Virus record (IMG/VR): IMGVR_UViG_3300010287_000003
DNA: 31,111 nt
Source: a virus
Direction: 5' to 3' (one strand)
In this document: one piece after another, positions 21,705-28,422 of the stretch
Layout: each line of letters opens with the position of its first letter
How positions within the stretch are numbered: the stretch's first letter is position 1
Made by a program: the position numbers and the translations under genes
Notes under the pieces: model-generated
Told to the model about the DNA's origin: nothing
The model's input: the letters and a program-made list of their open reading frames with translations, nothing else
Databases searched by the model: none

Positions 21705-22676
21705 CTACCCTGCGCCAAGCTGATGCTTAGCAGCAGGGTTTTGTTTTATCTGCTGCGGCTGCCAGTAGTGCAGATCGAGCAGCGCCCCGGCCTGGCGTAG
21801 ATCCGTTTCGTCCACGTCCTGGTAGTACTCCAGCGTCGTCGTGATGCTGGTGTGTCCCAGGTAGTGCTGAGTGATACGGGGAGCGACATGCTCGCGGGCA
21901 AACTTCAACCCCACACGATGACGCAAGCTGTGCGCGCCCAGGCGGCGCGAAAGCCCGGCTGTTTTGCACAGACGCCGGATGACCTCGCTGATCGCACGTG
22001 GCGAGAGGCGGGCAGAGCCACGCCACGGTGTGAAGACGTAATCCGTCGGCTTGTCGGGCCGGGCTTCGAGCCATGCGCGGATGGCGTCGGCTGTCTCCGC
22101 GTTGAAGTAGATGCGGCGGCGCCGGTTCCCCTTGCCGTTCACCAGCGCAGAACAGTTGTCCAATTCGAGGTCGCGGATTCGCAGACCTGCCGCTTCGCCG
22201 GCACGACAGCCCGAATTGGCGAGCAGGAGCACGAGCGCCCGATCGCGCGGCTTGAAGCGCGACGCGGCGAGCAACATCTCCAGCTCGTCATCCGTGGCGG
22301 CCTTGCCCTGACCAAGCGGCAGCGCAGGGCGGCGATTGACGAGGTAACCAGCGGGCGAGGCGTCGATAAGGCCAGAGCGCTCGCACCAGCGAAAGAAGGA
22401 CTTAATCATCTTGACATTTTTATAGATGGTCGCCGGAGCAAGGGGGGCCTGGACCGCCGGGCGGCGGGTGTGCGTGGCGTACTTGGTTGTGCGCGTTCGC
22501 ATCGCCGTCACGTAGGCGTCGATGTCTTCGGGCCGGACAAGGGAGATCGGTCGCTGCGGCCCGATCGCGGCGACGAACTCGGTGAGGAAGCGGCGATACG
22601 TCTGCTTCGTCTGGTCAGCGCGATCGACCAGCAGATAGCGGCGTAACGCCTCTTCGAGCGTGATGGGTTCGGTCAT
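21705..22676 (-). CDS. int: Tyrosine recombinase / phage integrase
   Basis: 323 aa with SGCRAGEAAGLRIRDL, HSLRHRVG and LGHTSITTTLEYY (the R..HxxR..Y catalytic pattern). Adjacent to the tRNA fragment. Confidence 0.9.
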   Translation of the reverse strand: MTEPITLEEALRRYLLVDRADQTKQTYRRFLTEFVAAIGPQRPISLVRPEDIDAYVTAMRTRTTKYATHTRRPAVQAPLAPATIYKNVKMIKSFFRWCERSGLIDASPAGYLVNRRPALPLGQGKAATDDELEMLLAASRFKPRDRALVLLLANSGCRAGEAAGLRIRDLELDNCSALVNGKGNRRRRIYFNAETADAIRAWLEARPDKPTDYVFTPWRGSARLSPRAISEVIRRLCKTAGLSRRLGAHSLRHRVGLKFAREHVAPRITQHYLGHTSITTTLEYYQDVDETDLRQAGALLDLHYWQPQQIKQNPAAKHQLGAG

Positions 22677-22826
22677 GAGTACACCTTACGAATGAAGCGA
22701 AATTCCCAAAAAACAACGTCAGCGGGATAGCTCGCCGCTGGCTGACCGACGCAGGTAGGGCTGCGCGCGGCACATGCAGTATAGCATGATTCGCCCCGCA
22801 CACAGCCCACGACAGGACTTAGACAA

Positions 22827-23972
22827 ATGGACAGTGAGAAACCTGTAGAAATCAGGGATGAAGGCACGACGGATCGCTATTTCCACGTCATGTTGAACAT
22901 GGCGGACGACGACCTCGATCCATATGAATACCGTCTGCTGGGGCACTACCGGCGCGTGTGCGGGGCGCAGAATGTGCCATGCACCGAGGGGACGCGGAAG
23001 ACCGCCGAGCGGTGCAAGATGAGCGCCGGGAAGGTGTCGGAGACGCGCGCAGCGCTGGCAGCGGCAGGCTGGATTAAGCTGGCCGAAGACGGCAACCGGG
23101 TGATCGTGACGCTGATTGATCGCATGCCCGAAAATGTTGCCCGTTATAGCGCCGATAAGCGTTCACCTGATGAACGTTCACCACATGAACGTTCTGGGAA
23201 TCGCAAAAACGTTCACCGTATGAACGTTTCGTTCACCACACGAACAAAACGTTCACCACATGAACGCAAACGTTCACCTGGTGAACGGAAGAAAGAACTT
23301 ATTAAGAAACAACCATTCAAAGAGCCAGCAAAAACATCATCAAGCAGCGATCGGGGAGATCGGACAGGCGGCGAGCAGGTTGATGATGATGGCTTCATCA
23401 GAAACCAAGCCGAGCTGATCGGTTTGAGCCGTGAAAACTGCGAGAAGCTGCTCGCGGTGGGCGTGGAGCGCGCAACGGGGCTGCTGATCGCAGCGCGACG
23501 TAAGGCGAAGACGAACCCGGCGGGCCTGCTGCTCGCGATGCTGGGCAGCGAACAGCCGCCTTCAGCGGACGATCTGTCGCTGGTGCCGCTGGCGCTGGAG
23601 CTGGGGACGACGGAGCCGGATCGGCTGGATCGCGAGCAACGGGGGCGACAGCTTCGCCAGTTTGCCGCGCGCCAGAACGGTTCTGATCTGGCGGCGAGCA
23701 CGCCGGACCGGTCCGCGCAGGACGTGTGGCAGCAGGTGATCGGGCAACTGCGGGTGCAGCTTAACCGGGCGACGTTCGACACGTGGCTAGACGGCATGAC
23801 CGCGGAGCAGTTCGCCGATGGCGTGCTGACGGTCCGCGCTAAGCACGCGTACGGGGCGGACTGGTGCAAGAAGAATCTCCAGCCGCTGGTGGACCGGCTC
23901 GCGTCCACGGCGGCCGGGCAGGCGATCCGAGTGGTGTTCGAGGCTCCGGCGTGGATGGTCGCCAGGAGCTAA
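22827..23972 (+). CDS. Replication initiator (N-terminal wHTH, iteron-encoded linker, C-terminal DnaA-domain-I-like module)
   Basis: 381 aa. N-terminus YEYRLLGHYRRVCG ... KMSAGKVSETRAALAAAGWIKL (wHTH). The internal iteron array is translated in varying frames. C-terminus DVWQQVIGQLRVQLNRATFDTWL ... GADWCKKNL ... IRVVFEA resembles the DnaA N-terminal domain. Confidence 0.65.
   Translation: MDSEKPVEIRDEGTTDRYFHVMLNMADDDLDPYEYRLLGHYRRVCGAQNVPCTEGTRKTAERCKMSAGKVSETRAALAAAGWIKLAEDGNRVIVTLIDRMPENVARYSADKRSPDERSPHERSGNRKNVHRMNVSFTTRTKRSPHERKRSPGERKKELIKKQPFKEPAKTSSSSDRGDRTGGEQVDDDGFIRNQAELIGLSRENCEKLLAVGVERATGLLIAARRKAKTNPAGLLLAMLGSEQPPSADDLSLVPLALELGTTEPDRLDREQRGRQLRQFAARQNGSDLAASTPDRSAQDVWQQVIGQLRVQLNRATFDTWLDGMTAEQFADGVLTVRAKHAYGADWCKKNLQPLVDRLASTAAGQAIRVVFEAPAWMVARS
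23161..23286 (+). repeat. Six iterons GTTCACCNNNYGAAC (putative origin of replication), followed by an AT-rich tract 23287-23350
   Basis: Copies lie at 23161, 23176, 23211, 23231, 23251 and 23272 (15 nt each, GTTCA/TGAAC inverted arms). The downstream ggaagaaagaacttattaagaaacaaccattcaaagagccagcaaaaacatcat is strongly A/T-enriched. Confidence 0.7.
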
Positions 23973-24043
23973 AAAAACGGGGCCGGGCCGCACGGTCGCG
24001 GCGCCAGCCCCAGTGTGAAGATGCTTGAAGGAGAGGGTAGCAC

Positions 24044-24808
24044 ATGATCACTTTTGCGGCAATCAATGAGAAGGGCGGGTCGGGCCGCACGACAGCGTTT
24101 GTCAACCTAGCGGCGGGTCTCGCCGTGCGGGGGAAGCGGGTGTTGCTGATCGACACCGACGAGCAAGGTCACGCGACCATTGCCTACGGCTTTGAGAAGT
24201 TCGCGGGGCTGTACGACCTGATGGTGCGCGGCGCCAAGTGGTTTGACGTGGCGATTCCGGTGGACGCCGAGCGATACGGCAGCCGGGGCCTGAGCAATCT
24301 CTACCTGGTCGGCTCGAACGTTGAGACACGGACCATCGCGCTCAACATTGACGACAAGTGGCGGCTCGCCAAGCGCCTCGCCGAAGTTTCGGATATGTTC
24401 GACGTGTGCCTGATCGACACGTCCCCCACTCCATCCGCGCTGCACAGCACGGTGTTCCTGGCGGCAGATTACATCATCTGTCCGACAGAGCTTGAGGTCC
24501 TCGGGCTGGACGGCTTGCACGAGTCGATTAAGCGGGTACAGGCGGTGCGGGTGCTGGAAGGCAAGGACCTGCGCGTCGCGGGAATTGTGCCGAACAAGTG
24601 CCGCCTGACGACGCTTGAGCACAAAGAGAACCTGGCCCGGCTGCAAGAGAGTTTCGGCGCGGCGGTCTGGCCGCCGATCACGCTGAGCATTATCTGGCCC
24701 GAGGCGATGGCTTTCGGGCGCCCGGTGATCGTCCATGCGCCCGATCACGACGCGGCGTTTTCGGTGTGGGAAATGGTAGACCGCGTGGAGGCACTTTGCA
24801 ATGGCTAG
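24044..24808 (+). CDS. parA: ParA/Soj-family partition ATPase-like protein (Walker A Lys replaced by Arg)
   Basis: 254 aa with NEKGGSGRTT (deviant Walker A), VLLIDTDEQG and FDVCLIDTSP. GGAGAGGG RBS. Confidence 0.8.
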   Translation: MITFAAINEKGGSGRTTAFVNLAAGLAVRGKRVLLIDTDEQGHATIAYGFEKFAGLYDLMVRGAKWFDVAIPVDAERYGSRGLSNLYLVGSNVETRTIALNIDDKWRLAKRLAEVSDMFDVCLIDTSPTPSALHSTVFLAADYIICPTELEVLGLDGLHESIKRVQAVRVLEGKDLRVAGIVPNKCRLTTLEHKENLARLQESFGAAVWPPITLSIIWPEAMAFGRPVIVHAPDHDAAFSVWEMVDRVEALCNG

Positions 24809-26288
24809 TAGACGGCGGCAGGGAGATCGGATCGGACCGCTCGTAGGCGAGCGTGAGACGCCGTCGGACGCGGCGCAGCGGATCTATGGCACGGTGCGGC
24901 GCGTGAAGCTGGATGAAATCCGGATCGTGGACAGCGTTCAGGTGCGGGTAGACGGGCTGGACGAAGAGCGTGTTGAGCGCTACACGGAATTTCTGCTCGC
25001 CGGTGGCACCTTCAAAGATGCGATCGTGGTCTACCAGGATGGGCCGGACCTGATTCTCGCGGCAGGGTTCCACCGGTGTGAGGCGTACCGGCGCGCACTG
25101 GAGCGCTTTGAGCCGAGTGGGGATGCGCAAGCACTGGCGCCGTTGATGGCGGAAATTCGGACCGGCGGGCATGAGGCGGCGATCGAGTTCGCTGAAGAGG
25201 ACAATCTGGCGCACGGGTTGGAACTGTCGCCACGGGATAAAAGGTACATCCTGGAGCGCCGTTTCAAGCGCGGGCATGAGTGGGCGTCGTTGAGCAACCG
25301 AGCACTGGCAGCAAAGTTAGGCGTCTCTGACATGACGATCGGCCGCTGGCGGGCGGAGATCGAAGAGAAAACAGGTGCAACAAATGTTGCACGTGGGCGC
25401 GTCGGCAAGGATGGCAAGACCTACGATGTGAGCGGGCAGCAGATCGCGGCGGCACGCGAGGCGCTGGCGAGGCTGGCTCTGCCGCCGCTTGACAAGGACC
25501 AGCGCGAAGTAGTGCGGCGGTCCATCATCACCAGCATTGACTACATCAAGATGGCGCAGTACGGCTCCGGCTGTAAATACCGTCAGTACCTGCCCTATGC
25601 GCTCGCGGTGGAGTTGGAAGCCGACGAGCCGCGTGTGTCGCTGGTGAACTGGATGCGAGGCGAGCTGCCGAAGTGGCAGGAAGAGCAGGACGAGGCGCGC
25701 CGGACCGAGGAGCAGGCGGCACGCGCGCGCCTTAAGGAACATCTGCTGGCGGTGTTGCTGCGCGGGCCATTCGACCTGACGCAGATGATTGGATTGGACG
25801 GGCTTGCTGGCTTGACTCCGCGCGCGTGCTGGGATGTGGTCCATGATCTGATGCGCGAGGGGGCGATCCGGCGCGTGTCGGATGACGTGTATGAGCTGGT
25901 GCGCGCCGCCGAGCCGAGCGAAACTGAGCCGCTATCTGATAACGGTTATCAGATGGACGAGCCGGAGCCGGAAGCGGATTGGCTCGATGCGACGGTCAAG
26001 CGGGCGGCGGGAGTGGCCCTGCGGGATAATACGTCAATCGAATACGAGAGCGACGAGGCGATGGCGGCGAGGTTAACCGAGTTACTGCGCGTCGGCTCGC
26101 ATGTCTTGTGCGACCTGGAAGATGTGCTGGAGCAGACAGCACCGGTGCCGGAGTGGGTGTTGTCGAAGCTCGATGACTTGAGCAAATTGCTACATGGTCA
26201 TCCAGGCCAAGACGACGATATTTGGAATCCCGGGCTGAACAGCTTGCTGGCCGACCTGAACACGAGAAGCAGAAGGGAGCGGGAATGA
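24801..26288 (+). CDS. ParB/Srx-domain HTH protein (ParB-like partner of ParA)
   Basis: 495 aa; its start overlaps the parA stop. KLDEIRIVDSVQVR ... LILAAGFHRCEAYRRA (ParB N-domain-like), LAAKLGVSDMTIGRWR (HTH) and a wH-like segment. The acidic linker carries the palindrome. Confidence 0.7.
   Translation: MASRRRQGDRIGPLVGERETPSDAAQRIYGTVRRVKLDEIRIVDSVQVRVDGLDEERVERYTEFLLAGGTFKDAIVVYQDGPDLILAAGFHRCEAYRRALERFEPSGDAQALAPLMAEIRTGGHEAAIEFAEEDNLAHGLELSPRDKRYILERRFKRGHEWASLSNRALAAKLGVSDMTIGRWRAEIEEKTGATNVARGRVGKDGKTYDVSGQQIAAAREALARLALPPLDKDQREVVRRSIITSIDYIKMAQYGSGCKYRQYLPYALAVELEADEPRVSLVNWMRGELPKWQEEQDEARRTEEQAARARLKEHLLAVLLRGPFDLTQMIGLDGLAGLTPRACWDVVHDLMREGAIRRVSDDVYELVRAAEPSETEPLSDNGYQMDEPEPEADWLDATVKRAAGVALRDNTSIEYESDEAMAARLTELLRVGSHVLCDLEDVLEQTAPVPEWVLSKLDDLSKLLHGHPGQDDDIWNPGLNSLLADLNTRSRRERE
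25934..25954 (+). repeat. 21-bp palindrome copy 5, inside the 495-aa ParB-like gene (encodes SDNGYQ)
   Basis: Exact ATCTGATAACGGTTATCAGAT. TCT at 25935 is in frame with the 24801 start. Confidence 0.97.
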
Positions 26289-26545
26289 GCACGGTGAAGG
26301 TCACAATTCCGCTGAGGCAGACCGGAGTGGTCGCAGTCCGCCTGCAGGACGAGTGTAAAGAGCTGATCGAAACGCGCGTGCAAGAACTGTTCCGGGCGAT
26401 GTTCCCGCCAGGCAGCGACGGCCCACCGGAAGGCTTCAGCATCGGCGCGCTGTACGAGCAGGCGGCGTGCGAGGTGGCGCAGATAGAGGCTGAGATCCAG
26501 GCGGCGATCCAGCGCGACATGGATCAAGAGGTCGGTGAGGAGTGA
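26285..26545 (+). CDS. Hypothetical protein (86 aa)
   Basis: ATG 26285 overlaps the upstream stop (ATGA). The upstream part of the track ORF from 26222 overlaps the ParB-like gene. Confidence 0.5.
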   Translation: MSTVKVTIPLRQTGVVAVRLQDECKELIETRVQELFRAMFPPGSDGPPEGFSIGALYEQAACEVAQIEAEIQAAIQRDMDQEVGEE

Positions 26546-26727
26546 GCGGTCCATCATGCCCCTACTGCGGGGGGGAGAATGTATGCTACCAGGGCATTGA
26601 CGACGGCCTGGGGCCTTACGGCGACTGCATCGGGGATGTGTACATCTGCGAGGACTGCGATCTAGAGTTCGAGGGACACATCATCCCGTATGGTGCGCTG
26701 CTCGATGACGAGGACGGTGAGGAATGA
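26542..26727 (+). CDS. Small zinc-ribbon protein
   Basis: 61 aa with CPYCGG ... CEDCD (two CxxC pairs) and an acidic tail. GTGA overlap upstream and ATGA overlap downstream. Confidence 0.55.
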   Translation: MSGPSCPYCGGENVCYQGIDDGLGPYGDCIGDVYICEDCDLEFEGHIIPYGALLDDEDGEE

Positions 26728-27284
26728 GTGCAAAGCTGATCGCCAAAGGCTATCCGCCTGAGTGGGTGAGCGGCGAGATCCAGAGCGAAATCTATGAACG
26801 CGCAAACTGGCGCTGCGAGCACTGCGGCGAGGAGTTTCATGAGGGCACGACCATCGCCAAGACAGCGCGCAACGCGGATGGCAAGCCGCGCATCCTGACG
26901 GTGCACCACCTGGACGGCAACCCGGCGAACTGCGACTGGACGAACCTGCTCGCTTGCTGCCAGGTCTGCCACCTGCACATTCAAGCGGTTTGGAAGCCCG
27001 GCGGCGTGCTGCCCGCGCACTGGGAGCAGCCGCCGCGGTGGATCGCCGAACGCGAGCTGCCGTATAAGCCGAACGGCCAACTCTCACTGTGGCCGCGTAT
27101 GAGGTACACGTTCATCGGCGACGCGCTGACGGCTCCGCGCCTGGTGGGATTGCAGTGCGATCCGGTTCGCCGGCGCGATGGCCGCTGCGTGGTTAGCGTC
27201 AAGATGGCAACTGCGCTGGTGGTGGATGGCCTCGGTCGAAAGTACGTGGTGCCGAGGCGCCGTTTGAGGCTGAACGAACGATGA
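26724..27284 (+). CDS. HNH endonuclease
   Basis: 186 aa. WRCEHCGEEFHEG ... LTVHHLDGNPANCDWTNLLACCQVCHLHIQ is a typical HNH/zinc-finger motif. Confidence 0.8.
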   Translation: MSAKLIAKGYPPEWVSGEIQSEIYERANWRCEHCGEEFHEGTTIAKTARNADGKPRILTVHHLDGNPANCDWTNLLACCQVCHLHIQAVWKPGGVLPAHWEQPPRWIAERELPYKPNGQLSLWPRMRYTFIGDALTAPRLVGLQCDPVRRRDGRCVVSVKMATALVVDGLGRKYVVPRRRLRLNER

Positions 27285-27589
27285 CAACTGGTAAATACAA
27301 CGACTTGAACCGGGAACTGGAAAACGTGCAGCTTCTTCCGCGACCGCCGCTTGTGTTTCACAGAACAGAGCAGCTAGAGGACTTCGGCAGGCGCGTTAAG
27401 GCGGCGTTTCAGGCTTTCGGCGTTACTGCGGAAGATGTTATCTGCGCCGTGCGTTCTGCCGGGATCAGCTTTCTGAACTTACTCCGGGAGATCGAGCCGA
27501 CACCGGCGCCGCCCACACGCCGGAAGGCACACGGTCGGCTGCGGAGCCAGCGCGAGCTGCGCGACATTAGGAGACAGCGGGGCCTATGA
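27281..27589 (+). CDS. Hypothetical protein (102 aa, basic C-terminus)
   Basis: ORF with ATGA overlaps at both ends; no motif recognised. Confidence 0.5.
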   Translation: MTTGKYNDLNRELENVQLLPRPPLVFHRTEQLEDFGRRVKAAFQAFGVTAEDVICAVRSAGISFLNLLREIEPTPAPPTRRKAHGRLRSQRELRDIRRQRGL

Positions 27590-27831
27590 GCAAGCGGCGG
27601 CGACGGACGCGGGCGGATGATGTGTTCGACCTGATCTGCCGGATCGCGCAAGAGAACTGCGGCGCGACGCCGAACTCCCGCGTGATCGCGGACGCGCTCG
27701 GGCTGAGCCAGTCGCGGGTGCAGCAATTGCTCATGCGGCTGCAACTCGATCGACGGATCACGTACATCGACCGCTACACGTACCGGGTGGAGCGGTCGGT
27801 GTGGGAGCCGCCGCCCGATGCGAGAATTTAG
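27586..27831 (+). CDS. Small winged-helix DNA-binding protein (candidate late regulator)
   Basis: 81 aa. CGATPNSRVIADALGLSQSRVQQLLMRLQLDRRITYI resembles LexA/MarR-type wHTH. It is the last gene before the late-operon leader. Confidence 0.5.
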   Translation: MSKRRRRTRADDVFDLICRIAQENCGATPNSRVIADALGLSQSRVQQLLMRLQLDRRITYIDRYTYRVERSVWEPPPDARI

Positions 27832-27840
27832 GAAGTGTTG

Positions 27841-27873
27841 ATGTGAACATGCTCAGGAAAACAGTGTTCACAT
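27841..27873 (+). promoter_or_regulatory. Inverted repeat ATGTGAACA - 15 nt - TGTTCACAT just upstream of the candidate late promoter
   Basis: The 9-bp arms were checked by hand. It ends 7 nt before the -35 hexamer and lies in the most AT-rich part of the intergenic region. Confidence 0.5.
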
Positions 27874-27880
27874 AAGTAGA

Positions 27881-27909
27881 TTGTTTATGTTCTAAAGCTG
27901 TTCTATCAT
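27881..27909 (+). promoter_or_regulatory. Candidate promoter of the packaging/structural operon (TTGTTT - 17 nt - TATCAT)
   Basis: Hexamers and the 17-nt spacer were counted by hand. The -10 is the same TATCAT as in the leftward early promoter. Confidence 0.45.
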
Positions 27910-28255
27910 TGTAGCTGAAGCGAATTGACGAGCCGCCGCAGGGTCTCCTCAAATTCCGTGCAGTAAGTCAACGGCGGCTCACTCCCTACCCCCGAACGCG
28001 GGCGGTCAGCAGTGGCCGCCCAGGGGAAGATGCTGAATGGGGGTGCCGCCGAGATCCCCGAGGCAGGAAGGTGAAAGCGGTATAAGCCCTTCCAATCCTT
28101 CGGCCCGATCGGGGCCAGGATGCAAAAAAGGCGCGCTGGCAGGATGCGTCACCCAGGGGAGTAAAGGCCAGCATAAGGCTCCCCACTCGCCGGGCTGATC
28201 ACCGGGCGGGCAGCAGTGACCAGGCGCGGCCCCTGTGCAGGCCGCTTGAGGAACG

Positions 28256-28296
28256 ACGGCACAGCGTCGAACTTTGACGTTGTGCCGTTTTCGATT
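28256..28296 (+). terminator. Intrinsic-terminator-like hairpin (13-bp stem, 7-nt loop) followed by UUUUCGAUU, upstream of terS
   Basis: ACGGCACAGCGTC-gaacttt-GACGTTGTGCCGT has 12 Watson-Crick pairs plus one G-U. A T-run follows directly. Confidence 0.55.
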
Positions 28297-28309
28297 CCGG
28301 AGCAGGCAA

Positions 28310-28420
28310 GTGATCGGAGTCTTCATCCTGGCAGTGTTCATCCTCGTGGTGTCGGCGATCGTGCAGCTCGCAGCGCCGGGCACGATGGATGACCGTCTGT
28401 TCGCGGAGCCGGGGCGCTGA
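28310..28420 (+). CDS. Possible 36-aa hydrophobic micro-protein (not in ORF track)
   Basis: GTG 28310 has GGAG 8 nt upstream and encodes VIGVFILAVFILVVSAIVQLAAPGTMDDRLFAEPGR. Its TGA is 2 nt before the terS ATG. Confidence 0.3.
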   Translation: MIGVFILAVFILVVSAIVQLAAPGTMDDRLFAEPGR

Positions 28421-28422
28421 TC

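Noticed and set aside
23161-23286. The iteron region as a protein repeat (RSPxER) under peptide-level selection.
   Set aside because: Two of the six DNA units are read in other frames (VHRMN, FTTR), so the conserved unit is the nucleotide motif.
3433-25954. The palindromes as CRISPR repeats, or as LexA/Cheo-type SOS boxes.
   Set aside because: The copies are kilobases apart and some are inside ORFs, so this is not an array. CTG-N11-CAG is one base off the E. coli-type CTG-N10-CAG spacing, and there is no GAAC-N4-GTTC core.
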